Shown here piece by piece: positions 42,101 to 51,006 of a stretch of DNA of 64,000 nucleotides. Source of the stretch: Andalucia godoyi And28 (lineage: Eukaryota > Protista > Jakobida). The notes beneath the pieces were generated by a model. It made no database searches and was not told the origin of the DNA. It was given only the letters and a program-made list of their open reading frames with translations. Position 1 is the first letter of the stretch. Each line of letters starts with the position of its first letter. A program made the translations under genes and the position numbers. The DNA is taken from positions 127,618-191,617 of the forward strand of contig VRVR01000014.1 of the NCBI GenBank assembly GCA_009859145.1, read 5' to 3'.

Positions 42101-45100
42101 CACTGGTCTGGTGCGGACTGCTCGTCATGCCTTGGAGGATATGGTGGAGAATCTTGCTCGATTGCCTGCCCTGTGACTTCCCAGGGTCTGTGCTCTGGCC
42201 ATGGACTCTGCTCCGCCGCCACGGGCGCCTGTGTTTGCGACCATGACATCTCATCTGGATTCTGGACAGGTGCGTCTTGTGACGCGTGTGCTTCCGGCTA
42301 TGCGACTCCCGCTTGCGATATTGCCTGCCCGGGACTCGGATCGGAGGCTGGCGTGTGCTCAGGCCATGGAGTGTGCAGTGTCGTTGATGGTTCATGCTCT
42401 TGCTCCTCGCAGTCTGAAACTGGATTCTGGAGTGGATCTGACTGCTCATCGTGCACCAACGGGTATGGTGGACCGTCGTGCCAGGCAGCATGCCCTGGTG
42501 GCTCTACAAGCGGACCTTGCTCGGGCCACGGGTCGTGCCAAGCGGCGGATGCGACGTGTTCTTGTTTCAACGACGCCACGAACGGATTCTTCTCTGGAGA
42601 GGGTTGTGACACCTGCTTATACGGATATGGTGGATCGTCATGCACGATTGAGTGCCCGAAGACTGCAGCTGGAATTTGTGCGTCGCATGGATCGTGCTTG
42701 TCGTCAGATGGTACGTGTGCATGTTCTGCGTCCTCGGAGACTGGATTCTGGAGTGGATCTTCCTGCAGCGAATGCTTGTATGGATATGGCGGAGAATCTT
42801 GCGGGCTTGCTTGCCCAGGTGTGGGGTCGTCTGCCGGTGTTTGCTCTTCTCACGGACACTGCAGCGCTGTGGATGCGTCTTGCACTTGTGACGCCCACTT
42901 CTATGGCACTGGATGCGAAGTTGACTTGACGAGCATTCATCCTGTGGGAGAATGCGTTGTTCAGTTGGATGACAACACGTGGAGAGCGACGTTCCGTTAT
43001 GTCCTTGACGGATCTGAATCTGTTTCGATTCCTTCTGGGCCGCTGAACTCGTTGACCGGAGGCTCTTCCAGTGTCTCCGTACCCACAGTTTTCGCTCCGG
43101 GTACATCAGACGTCATCACTGTCCAGTTTTCGTCCGCATCGGTTGTTTCCTGGGCTCTCGGAACGACTACCGTATCATTGTCTGTTGCCTCGGCCTACTG
43201 TCCTGCCGTAGCAGACGTGAAGCCTGTTCTGAACTGCGTGCAGCCTGTTACCACCACCAGCTTCATTGCATGGTTTGGGTACACGAATGAAAATGACTAC
43301 ATTGCGCGAAGTGTCCCGTATTCGGTCTCTCCTGCATGCGGCTCCTGCAATGTCCCGTCTTCCTTCCTTCCTGGAACGGTGACTCGTGCCTTTTCGGTGC
43401 CATTCGATCCTTCGTCGTCGGTCACGTTTGCACTTGGCTCGTCGTCGGTTACAGCGTCGCGCAATTCTCAGCCGCGCTGCCCGACTTCGCCGTGCCCCAA
43501 TGATTGCAGCGGTATCAGTCGCGGAACATGCTATGACGGAACTTGCGTTTGCGAGTCGTCGTACATTTCCACGGACTGCTCGGTGCTGGCTACTCAGATT
43601 GTTCCGTATGTCAACTGCGCCTCTCCGACGGGAGCTATTTCCGAAGAGTACATTGCCTACATTGGATACGAGAACACGCAAAACTTCATTGCGTCTATCC
43701 CCGTTGGCTCTGCGAACTACTTCTCCCCGGCGCCCGCCAACCGCAACCAGCCATCCGTGTTTGAGATCGGTCACCAGAACAACGTGTTCACGGTGAAGTT
43801 CCAGAGCTTTGACAGTGTGACTTGGAACGTTGGCTCGAATGTCGTTGTCTTGTCGACGACGTACAGTCGCTGCCCCGCGTTTGTTCCTGTTGAACCCGTC
43901 GGTCAGTGTGTTGAGCGGTATGACGATGGCTCCTGGGACGCAGTCTTTGGCTACAGCAATCCGAATCCGTTCATCGTTACCATCTCGGGTACCGATTACG
44001 CACAGGGACAGCACGATCTTGTGAACGTGATTAATATGCCAGCGGGTACTACCAGCACGTTGTGGACCATTGATTCGTCTTCTGCCACGCTTGTTCGCGC
44101 CCTGGCGCCAGACTGCTCTTCTTTGCAACTGCCTGCACCCACTGTGTTGTCCGCTCGCATCACGAATGATCTCTCTCAGATCCAGGTGAAGTTCTCAGGC
44201 CCTGTTGTTGTAACGGGTCCTTCAGTGACCTGCGCAGCGATTTTCACTCCGGCCACAATGAGTCTGCTTTCCCCTGCTGCAACCTGCTCTCTTACCGACG
44301 CCGACCAGACTCTGGTCATTGCGCTGTCTTCCGCATCAACCGTCGTGCCGTACAACACTCTGGTCTTCAATCCTGTTGTCCGAAGTGAAAGCGGCTTGTC
44401 AGGCGCTCTTGTTGATCGTCCGACGGTTCTTCCTCCGCTGTCTCCGAACGCGCCGTCTGCCGTTGTTTACGGTGCGAATTCTGCGGCTGGATGTGCAACG
44501 GATGTTGCACTGGATGGCTTGTCGTCGACTGGCGGAGGAAACCGTCCGTTGGTATACGACTGGAGCGTCGCTTCAGGATCGTCTGTTGCGAGCTTGACCA
44601 CTCCTACCAATTTGGCCACTGTCACACTGACCAAGTCGTCATCAACAGCAACGGGTCTTGTGTCCGTTTCGCTGACAGTGACGAACTGGGTTGGAGCATT
44701 CAGCACCGTGTACAAGACTGTTCAGTTTGAAATCACAGACACCTTGTCCGTCTCGATCGATCCGGAGGTTGCCGTTGTCGATCCGTCCGCAACTGGTGTT
44801 AACACGGTTTCGTTCACTGCCACGGTTGACACTGATGCCTCGTGCATTGATCCGACAGCGATCATCTCCTACCAGTGGACAGTGATCAGCGGAACTTCAT
44901 TAACGTTCCTTGGTAGCTCCGCCACAACGCGTGTCGCTTCAATCAGCGGCACTGGTTTGCCTTTTGGCAACCAGTGGGTCTTGCGCTGTGTTGCCACCAT
45001 CACGGTTGCTGGGGACACCGCCACGGGAACTGCGACTGCCATATTGGAGTCGACGACACCGCAAGTTTCTCTTTCCATTACGGGACAGAGAACGGTGTTG

Positions 45101-47164
45101 CCCAATCGCCGTATTCAGTACAGTGCAGTATTCTCTCCGGTTCAGTACGCATCGTCGTATGCGTGGACTTGCAAGGTTGACGGTACAAATGCCAATTGCG
45201 CGGATGCTACCCAGTCTTCCAACCCTGCAATTTTCTTCATCCGAACTCCGAATGCACCGATCTTGTTCGTTTCTTGCAGTGTGACCACGACATTTGGTAC
45301 TGTTGTCAGTACATCCATCATCATCAGTGTCAACGGCGTTACGTCGTCGCTGTCAGTGAGCGTCTCGTCGACTCAGTCCTCGTCCCCGGAATTCGGCTCG
45401 ACGCTGGTGTATTCCGCAGGTGCTGATGTCCCGGATGCTGTCGCCGCATCCCAGAGAGCCCTGTCTCTGCTTGGCATGCAGCAACGTCGCCATGGCTGGA
45501 CTGTTCTTTCTTCCGATACCGGAGTCGTCAAGTATTCCTGCGAAGATTGCGGATCTGTCTTGGTGTTCGATGAATCCACGTTTGGTGCCGCTACGTCGTC
45601 GTACCAAGTTGTTGCCTCCGTTTCGATGGCAGGAATGACTGGATCGTCTGCTGTGGTGCGCCCCGTCTCGTATGTTGCCAACGACACACTGGCCGTTATG
45701 TATGGTCGCGAGATGTTGATGGAAGATTCCATATTGCCTGCGTCTGCAAGTGAGATCACTGTTTCCTTCTCCGGTCGCGCAACGACGTCCGCAACGCCGT
45801 ACTTCCGCTTTTCTGCTGTCTTCCGAGGCAAGGACGACGTGGAGCATGTGCGAGTTGTTTCGGCCTGGCAGATGTCGCCCCGCTGGAGACTTACTGTTCC
45901 TGCAGGTGCTGTATCCGTGGAACTGTTTTGCCTCCTTCATCCGAGCTCTGCAGGTTCCGCTTCGCGTGTGGTGCAGCTTGCCCCTCTGGATCCGTCGCAA
46001 TTCCTGACCCGCACTGCGAATATCATGTCGGTTCTTCCAGCCGATTTTGCGGCTCGTGACTTGTCGGCTGTCTTCTCTCGTATCGGATCCGCTGGGTTCT
46101 CGCTGACAATGGCCCTGCAGCAGGGTTTGCCGCTGACTGACATTAAGAAGGCGGTCGACTTGCTGACCAGCTTTGTTTCTAACGGTCTTGAAGATCTCGT
46201 CACCTTCACTCACGAAGGCACGGACCATCGTGTGGCCTTTGAGTCGCTTGCTGTTTATCTGCATGTGTTGGAGGTTACCCTGGATCCGAACGTCATCCCC
46301 ATGTCCGTCGAGATCAGCAAGGTTATTGACAAGCTGTACCTCAAGACGCATCATGACTCTGTGACGCCTTCTGTTCTGAAGTCTGCGTTCGCGGCGCTTC
46401 AATCGATTGCTCCGAATCTCCCGAGCTCGGAATTCCCTGCATTCTGGTCATCCGTTGTGGAGTTGGCCAAGTCTGCCTCCCGATTCCTGATGTGCGGTCA
46501 GTCTGTCGATTTGCATGCCTCGAATGGATTTGAATTGACAATTAACATGGTGCCTCGCGACATGTTTGTCGACCGCGACGTGACAATTGGAGGATTTTCA
46601 GTTTCGAAGACCGTTGCGTTCGATGAGTCATTGGAGTGCGTTTCTGTGGTGACCGTTCAGAGCTTTGATGTCCCAGCCGGTTTGGTTACTGTTGGTGAAT
46701 CGATGTCTGCGCTTGTTGCCCACGACACGAACTTTGTGCCGGAATCTGGGTCGTTCTCGATTACGCTTCCAGCCAAGAACGCAATGCATGCTACTGCCGA
46801 CGGTGTTGCACCGCAGGCTGTCCAATGCGTTGTCTTCAACAGCATTGATGTCTCCTGGGATTCTGCAGCTTGCTCGGAAGCAACCATCAGTGCAGACGGC
46901 TCGCAGTACGAGTGCTCGTGCACAACTGCCGGAACCGTCGCAGCCGTCAAGCTCTCTTCCTCGAGTGGTTCTTCTTCTTCGTCTGGATCTTCTGATTCTT
47001 CATCTTTCCCGATTTGGGCTGGTGTCCTCATCGGAGTCTGTGCGGTTGCCATTGTCGGTGTTGCGTTTGCATACCGCGTCATGCGTAAGCGCCGTGCTGC
47101 CGCCGGAGTGATGTCGAAGGATTATCATGATCACCGTCGTTTGATGGATGACCAGGATGCATAA
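36167..47164 (+). CDS. 3665-aa type I membrane protein: 2x VWD, EGF/laminin-EGF repeats, REJ/PKD-like region, GPS-like motif, one TM
   Basis: Signal peptide; GDPHYKTFD and GDPHVFGFD; many CSGHG.C...GFWTG..C repeats; DGLSS.G...LVYDW; C.VFN...WDSAAC...CSC before the TM. Confidence 0.88.
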   Translation: MNLVRCLTVLAVVVSLAIASASDCDDMARNVCVSACTESERCFQQVRLTCNDDDALPYISEFHIKREELGWDTCGGPLCSPCNNNGQCVDGACICNAGYKGAYCDDFSDLCPDKCHGRGVCVGANKCRCQEGWGGVTCGVPNLQSDNCCAAGCSGKGTCTGGRCVCNAGFYGEDCSRPVPSSVGVGLCQATGDPHYKTFDNLYYDFQGIGIYYLLWSPDLIVQEWHRPYIANPAAWINQAVAFKYKSTTVEVYNGDLGGPPVVYINSQLVNPPTVNTRVGDIIYRRNPASRMNLYFQFDWIANITLNIGTIWSIENYIDTYIYLSNGYYTQTGGMCGKWDSNAGNDLIPRGSDTPVASNRIYDTFAPSWRVSCAEKLLRLAPASECNIQPFPKPPAPGHCAAIDDAAKQVCKLACSAFDRCLMDVHASCDLSAADPHVESFTRYRNLYKYDLCGGDDWCSPCSGHGTCDSRTGVCTCQAGWTGAADCSVATGQACNNVDCSNNGICVRGACSCNAGWKGNKCQTPDPRTCPNNCNGHGTCQANGVCACNPRYYGVGCEKTYSGRVPSQGKCSSIGDPHVFGFDGGRFSYQQGGTHDLVRSSDGSFIVQAWALPAWAGSRVRTNRAFAVRYGNSILEVESNPAGRLTEPVIRFNGQTRAFHNALSFSSSSMKVTVSNRGCYFGIDILFISSNPVFGGSISLQVRNRIDIFITLNNGWLGRIRGLCGNFNGQQSDDFSLPDGTVVPRTQQDRFVNSWATPCDRIILQVPAAEDHCRNPPAPVPAPAPAPCTGIDFATAAELCTHSCVSYAECMYDVFSSCDLSLADAHQQVHLFHGPNWGLEACCGAPVKDCSKNGMYSVIEQKCKCFSGWSGDDCQFPVCDGGCGRFGSCSTPGKCCCPAGYYGTSCQNSYCAALHDCNGHGQCADATGKCTCTRTAQEGYWTGDSCNQCMAGRFGPTCTGSCPGYGSTNGICTGHGTCNEGVTGNGQCSCFADATRGFWAGPTCSQCAPGYGGVGCKTPCPRDSAGRICGGHGSCSAVDAKCTCNSDDSVGYWTGDACTDCQEGFGGPGCILRCPRTNAGICNGHGFCHLFDATCYCYDDASHGHWTGAKCDQCAAGYGGADCKTACPATAGSTCSGHGTCLSSNATCSCYADSQHGFWTGPKCDQCLYGYGGPDCKSTCPANAQGICSAHGLCSAVDASCTCFDDSTNGHFSGSDCSACKAGYWLGSQCKQSCPGFGTAVGVCANHGTCNQADGSCSCFEDAQQGYWEAPLCADCAPGYGGALCNEGCPGLGTPGGVCSGHGQCNEQDASCTCQQDAVHGFWTGYKCDHCKDGYAGDNCKIECQGLQTPGGVCSGHGQCRAADGSCDCSSDPDNGYWTGADCDRCIDGYAGPLCSIQCPGYHSALGVCSGHGSCSALDGTCMCSQSGQTGFWTGSDCSSCVDGFGGAQCNVQCPGLLANGHTTCSGHGTCASTDAQCVCYDDEVNGHWSGEGCSVCADGWGGEHCNVACPGLSDGNVCSGNGACRAADATCECFHEATKGFWTGVDCNACDTGYGGPSCSVECPLNGGAICGGHGVCQSSDGACDCYDDMEHGFWTSADCSTCSFGFAGPLCADECPGFSSSAHVVCHGHGQCNNADATCTCFSDAAHGFWTGDSCGECVRGFGGSDCATACPGYGTFQGVCSSHGTCSPVDATCQCAADATNGFWTGADCTDCVYGYGGPSCNVECPKHDGEYCAAHGDCRAADGVCTCKSDAEHGFWTGADCSQCASGYGGADCKTPCPGTGTAAGSCSGHGACDASDAHCACFADSTHGYWSGDACDACEAGFATESCTVACPGLNTPAGVCSAHGSCQLSDATCQCHADAVNGFWTGADCSECLPGYGGESCTVACPGTGTAAGPCSGHGTCSAATGSCECHHDSSSGFWTGAACDACVDGYATSTCTQACPGFGTAAGVCSGNGQCSLVDATCSCSADAIHGHWSGADCSSCLGGYGGESCSIACPVTSQGLCSGHGLCSAATGACVCDHDISSGFWTGASCDACASGYATPACDIACPGLGSEAGVCSGHGVCSVVDGSCSCSSQSETGFWSGSDCSSCTNGYGGPSCQAACPGGSTSGPCSGHGSCQAADATCSCFNDATNGFFSGEGCDTCLYGYGGSSCTIECPKTAAGICASHGSCLSSDGTCACSASSETGFWSGSSCSECLYGYGGESCGLACPGVGSSAGVCSSHGHCSAVDASCTCDAHFYGTGCEVDLTSIHPVGECVVQLDDNTWRATFRYVLDGSESVSIPSGPLNSLTGGSSSVSVPTVFAPGTSDVITVQFSSASVVSWALGTTTVSLSVASAYCPAVADVKPVLNCVQPVTTTSFIAWFGYTNENDYIARSVPYSVSPACGSCNVPSSFLPGTVTRAFSVPFDPSSSVTFALGSSSVTASRNSQPRCPTSPCPNDCSGISRGTCYDGTCVCESSYISTDCSVLATQIVPYVNCASPTGAISEEYIAYIGYENTQNFIASIPVGSANYFSPAPANRNQPSVFEIGHQNNVFTVKFQSFDSVTWNVGSNVVVLSTTYSRCPAFVPVEPVGQCVERYDDGSWDAVFGYSNPNPFIVTISGTDYAQGQHDLVNVINMPAGTTSTLWTIDSSSATLVRALAPDCSSLQLPAPTVLSARITNDLSQIQVKFSGPVVVTGPSVTCAAIFTPATMSLLSPAATCSLTDADQTLVIALSSASTVVPYNTLVFNPVVRSESGLSGALVDRPTVLPPLSPNAPSAVVYGANSAAGCATDVALDGLSSTGGGNRPLVYDWSVASGSSVASLTTPTNLATVTLTKSSSTATGLVSVSLTVTNWVGAFSTVYKTVQFEITDTLSVSIDPEVAVVDPSATGVNTVSFTATVDTDASCIDPTAIISYQWTVISGTSLTFLGSSATTRVASISGTGLPFGNQWVLRCVATITVAGDTATGTATAILESTTPQVSLSITGQRTVLPNRRIQYSAVFSPVQYASSYAWTCKVDGTNANCADATQSSNPAIFFIRTPNAPILFVSCSVTTTFGTVVSTSIIISVNGVTSSLSVSVSSTQSSSPEFGSTLVYSAGADVPDAVAASQRALSLLGMQQRRHGWTVLSSDTGVVKYSCEDCGSVLVFDESTFGAATSSYQVVASVSMAGMTGSSAVVRPVSYVANDTLAVMYGREMLMEDSILPASASEITVSFSGRATTSATPYFRFSAVFRGKDDVEHVRVVSAWQMSPRWRLTVPAGAVSVELFCLLHPSSAGSASRVVQLAPLDPSQFLTRTANIMSVLPADFAARDLSAVFSRIGSAGFSLTMALQQGLPLTDIKKAVDLLTSFVSNGLEDLVTFTHEGTDHRVAFESLAVYLHVLEVTLDPNVIPMSVEISKVIDKLYLKTHHDSVTPSVLKSAFAALQSIAPNLPSSEFPAFWSSVVELAKSASRFLMCGQSVDLHASNGFELTINMVPRDMFVDRDVTIGGFSVSKTVAFDESLECVSVVTVQSFDVPAGLVTVGESMSALVAHDTNFVPESGSFSITLPAKNAMHATADGVAPQAVQCVVFNSIDVSWDSAACSEATISADGSQYECSCTTAGTVAAVKLSSSSGSSSSSGSSDSSSFPIWAGVLIGVCAVAIVGVAFAYRVMRKRRAAAGVMSKDYHDHRRLMDDQDA

Positions 47165-47433
47165 TCGTGTTTATGTTTTGCAATGAGATGTGTAGTGTGT
47201 GGTGTCCATTGTTTTTTGTTTTCTTTTTTTACAACAAGAAAGACAATGACGTTGGCACCCCTGTTGTTATTCCTATTCTGTAAGCTTTTTATTATTCGTT
47301 TGTCATTGTAGTAAATAAATTAAGGAGAAAAAAAAACCAGAATGTCAGAACAGGAGAACGCAAACAGCGAGTGGAAATGTGAAGAAAGTTGCTGCAAAGA
47401 AAGGAGGAATGCAACACAAGGCATGGATGGGAT

Positions 47434-49674
47434 TCACCTGTTCTGAATCACATCCAGTTGTACCAATACTGCCAATGTGATTGTTGCTCCATAGTACACA
47501 CACATCACTGCGACATTGGTCCAGATGGACGCAAATCCCGTGTCAAGAGCTTTCCATGGTTGCGATGTGGGAATCGGCCGTGGAATTTGAAGCCAGTGAT
47601 AGAACAGCATGCTGAAAAACGGCGTCACGATGTAGACAAAGCAGAATGTGAATAGAACGAGCGCAATCAGGGATACGACAAGACTGTTCGTAACGCCCCA
47701 ACTGATCAGTGCTGGAGTGAATCGAAGCGAGATGGGCCAAATGGCAAAGAAGCCAGAAATGATCGATAGAACCAGCGTTTTCCAAATAGGGGGAGGCCGG
47801 GACCCGGCGGTGGCGTTCCCGTAATCTGCAAACAAGGAAGAAAATGCATCATGAACAACATTCTGCTGCTCGACATGGAACACTGGTCTCTTTGCAAGCA
47901 GCGGCTCCAATTTTCGAACAATTTCCAAGCGCTCATCAGACTGCAACCATTGCTCAAGGTGATCGTACGAATCAAACCGATAGATGACGACCAAGACCTC
48001 GTGGTCGTCCACGAATTCGTCTTCGTCTGCGACATCAAGTTCAGGAATATCCGAGGAAGACTCCTTTGGCTGAACAATATCGAGCCCAACGAACCCTGGC
48101 TTTTTCTTCATGAAATCCGTCATTTCTCGAATCAGTTCGTAAAAGTCCTCGGTAAACTCCCACCGGACATGATGGCGAGCAGCGACTGTCACCGTACGAT
48201 CTAATTTCCGTGAGTCGTCCACAATTTTCTGCGACGTCTTCCTCAGTTCTTGCACTCGTCTTGTCAAATCCTCGGTCGTCAGCCGCGCCAGTTCACTTTT
48301 TGCAGACGTCATCGTTTCCAATCGACTGCGCACCTGAGAAATGTGATCCAGAGATCCCAGCGTGATGCGCTTCAGGCGATCCAACCTCTTCTCTAAAGTC
48401 TGCAGTCGTCGCTTGAGGGCCAACGGCTGAGGAGGAGGTGGCGGTGGAAGAAACATTTGGAATCCATCATCGAAGATTTCTCGAACCACCGACCTTCGAG
48501 CACTACGAGGTGCGAAAATAAACCACCGGAAAATCTTGAGAAGCACTGCTGAAGACCCAAACGTGCTGAACGGAATCACCAACATGACGTACACCAGCAG
48601 CGTGAATGACGGGTCGTTGAACACCGAATTCATAGCTGTCGTCGTGCCAATAAAGTTGTGCGCTGAAAAGTTCAGATACATGGAAAAGTACAGCACAAAG
48701 CACAGCTTCCATTTTTGCGCTGGTTGCGGAAGTCCCTTTGCAGCGAGAGGAAGAGAAGCGCCTGTCTTTTTCAGTACAGTACTTGTACTACTGCTGCCTG
48801 GTAGCGGCCGTTTTCCCGAGCTGGCTGCCGCAGCGTCACTGGCGAACGAGGTACTATTTGCCCGTGGTCTGAGCATGTCTGGACCGATGACGGCGATATC
48901 CGAGTCTTGAAAATCAATGTCCATTCCATGTGAGAGAGTGTCGTAGTTCTCGAGAATGCCGAACCGAAATGCAATCTGGAGCCATTCTGCCCGCTCATCC
49001 GAGTTGATCCACGTCTCGGAAGCATCGAAGTTATCCCATTTGATAATGTGCACAAATGTGAACACATGATTCTCTGCCGCATTCTGAAACTCTGTTTCTG
49101 GCGGCACAATCAACGATCGAGATACGAATCCCGGGAATTTAGCCAAAGCATCTCCTGCGCTCAAAAGCCACGTTTCAAACATTGGAAAACTCGATTTCTT
49201 CACCAAAAGTTTGACAATTGCAGTCACGGAGCCATTCGCAATTCGATTCAGAGTTCCCATCGAAGCAAACGAGTTCGGAAAATGCAATCCTTCCACTGAA
49301 GTTCGGCTCCGTGAAATACTACCCCTACCACTAACCTGTATTTGTTGATGATGAGGCTGATGATGACTGATGAATGCCTGTCGCTCAGCATCGTCATCTA
49401 CATTGCCCTCGTCAGCTTCGGCTGCTACCGTTTTTGTAAGCGTAGCTGTAGGTGCAGGCGTAGGCATCTGTGCAGTTGTAGTTGTAGCTGTTGCTGAACG
49501 ACGAGGAGGATGCGACGCAAATTCAGAATGATCCGTTACGACTTGTGCATCTTCAAAGTGCACATTCGGTGGTGACGAGTCCATATCAATCAGATTGTGG
49601 GTCGTCATCTCATGCGGTCCACTGACACTCCCCACAGCGGATTCTCGCGTATCCGGTGAGTCCCTGGAATTCAT
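47434..49674 (-). CDS. Membrane protein with two tandem ABM (antibiotic biosynthesis monooxygenase)-like + TM modules
   Basis: KFPGFVSRSLI...W.NSDERAEW and KKPGFVGLDIV...W.QSDER; QKWK / PPIWK followed by hydrophobic helices. Confidence 0.75.
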   Translation of the reverse strand: MNSRDSPDTRESAVGSVSGPHEMTTHNLIDMDSSPPNVHFEDAQVVTDHSEFASHPPRRSATATTTTAQMPTPAPTATLTKTVAAEADEGNVDDDAERQAFISHHQPHHQQIQVSGRGSISRSRTSVEGLHFPNSFASMGTLNRIANGSVTAIVKLLVKKSSFPMFETWLLSAGDALAKFPGFVSRSLIVPPETEFQNAAENHVFTFVHIIKWDNFDASETWINSDERAEWLQIAFRFGILENYDTLSHGMDIDFQDSDIAVIGPDMLRPRANSTSFASDAAAASSGKRPLPGSSSTSTVLKKTGASLPLAAKGLPQPAQKWKLCFVLYFSMYLNFSAHNFIGTTTAMNSVFNDPSFTLLVYVMLVIPFSTFGSSAVLLKIFRWFIFAPRSARRSVVREIFDDGFQMFLPPPPPPQPLALKRRLQTLEKRLDRLKRITLGSLDHISQVRSRLETMTSAKSELARLTTEDLTRRVQELRKTSQKIVDDSRKLDRTVTVAARHHVRWEFTEDFYELIREMTDFMKKKPGFVGLDIVQPKESSSDIPELDVADEDEFVDDHEVLVVIYRFDSYDHLEQWLQSDERLEIVRKLEPLLAKRPVFHVEQQNVVHDAFSSLFADYGNATAGSRPPPIWKTLVLSIISGFFAIWPISLRFTPALISWGVTNSLVVSLIALVLFTFCFVYIVTPFFSMLFYHWLQIPRPIPTSQPWKALDTGFASIWTNVAVMCVYYGATITLAVLVQLDVIQNR

Positions 49675-49958
49675 TTCTCTCTCTCTCTCTCTCGCTCGCT
49701 CGCTCGCTGGTTGTTCCTTCGTCTTTTTCTTCTTTGTTTACCCTCTTTTCTTGTGGATGATGTTTCTGAAAAAACGCGGGGTTCCCAGAGCATTCTGTTC
49801 GTCTAGTCGCGAGGTTTGTGACGCCAACGTACTGTACATCGTGAAGTCGTACGACAGTTCAGTCCCGGACTCCCTGCATTTTTGTTTCCGGGACATTCTG
49901 TCCAGATCGGAGGAAAGCTCGGGCTGTGACAGTCTGTCACAGGCAGGCGGGTTACACA

Positions 49959-50106
49959 CGCCTACATTGTACACTAACCGCGGATAATCATCGCTGATCA
50001 CCCATAATCAATGTTGCAACCCAACAACATGCATAGCATGATCGAGAAGGGGGGTAGGCCCCAACACGCCCCTCGGCATGAGCGACGTTCCCAAGATAGA
50101 TAGATG
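49959..50106 (-). ncRNA. Putative stand-alone Fanzor2 omegaRNA scaffold (copy 4)
   Basis: Minus strand CTATCT..GGGAACGTC...GGCGTGTTGGGGCCTACCCCCCTT...TTAGTGTACAATGTAGGCG; no Fanzor ORF recognisable upstream beyond a few codons. Confidence 0.65.
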
Positions 50107-50199
50107 CGTTGCATGGACAATAAAAATAATGAAATGAAATGAGCGTCGCTGTGCGAGAATGCAACGCGGCGGTGTGTGTATAGGGATTTCATGACCAAA

Positions 50200-50900
50200 A
50201 TGGGGCGAAACGAACCGGGCACCGTGTGACGGAGTTGCTTAAGATGGCAAACGCATGCGCACGACGCGTGGCAGTGTTTTTGTTTGCGTGCGCTTTAGAT
50301 TGCTTTATCATATCGCGATAAGTGGCAACGGTCAACGCGTTGTTTCCTGGCCGCGGTTTCTCGTGGGACGAGATACGCTTTCAAGGACTCACGGGCTGAT
50401 GACTACCGTTGATCAATAACACGTCATTGTCATGCACACGGAAGTATACATAATCAGACACGGTCAATACTGGCCGACACCAGCACGTCTGTTTCACAGG
50501 ATTTCGTGCTTACGCGTAGCCATCTATCATTCGTTCAGCGCACTGCCAAGAGGCGAACTTCCAAGACACGATCTCCAGTCCCCAGCACGCAGGGTAGCCA
50601 ACCCCAAGCAGAAAGCCTCAGGGACCGTCTCTTGCAGAACTCGTGGTTTTCTGCTACGACGCACCAGGCGCAGTCGCAGTCGCAGTCGCAGTTGCAAAAC
50701 CCCGCCGTCTTCCTACCGCCTCTTCCTACTCTCGTATCTCCAGGTGCATCAATCGCTGCAACTGAGGACACGAAAGCGCCTGCTGCTAGGGCCGTCAGAA
50801 TCAAAATGCACCCTTCTCAGGAACGATGTGTCACGCTGAGAAAGTGGCTCACAGATTGATCGAGATTGGGAACGGAGCGCAGAACATCTATCTGAAGAAC
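50200..50900 (+). pseudogene. Degraded Fanzor2 RuvC region
   Basis: VLTRSHLSFVQR (50506), PGASIAATEDTKA, IDRDW (50855-50869), +1 frameshift, NGAQNIYLKN (50871-50900); 5' boundary approximate. Confidence 0.75.
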
Positions 50901-51006
50901 GCCGTGAGGCGTGTTGGGGGGCCTATCCCCTTTCCGGCGACGGGATGCAAGACTGAATATTGCATGTCTACTCGTAGATATGTTTGTTCAGTGTATAATG
51001 TAGGCG
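50885..51006 (+). ncRNA. Putative Fanzor2 omegaRNA scaffold (copy 5)
   Basis: Hairpins ACGCC-GTGA-GGCGT and CCG-GCGA-CGG (GNRA loops), ATGCAA/TTGCAT; GCCTAT can pair with terminal GTAGGC. Confidence 0.72.

Noticed and set aside
38189-42929. Long overlapping and antisense ORFs (e.g. 38538-40622 +, 38189-39127 -)
   Set aside because: Shadow frames of the repetitive Cys/Gly-rich giant gene; the same applies to most short ORFs over other genes
50432-50839. Histidine phosphatase (VYIIRHGQ)
   Set aside because: Rest of the ORF has no phosphatase features; the region carries Fanzor motifs in another frame
49959-51006. MITE or DNA transposon with ~150 bp terminal inverted repeats
   Set aside because: No target-site duplication; other copies occur unpaired or in the opposite arrangement; both ends are right-end scaffolds
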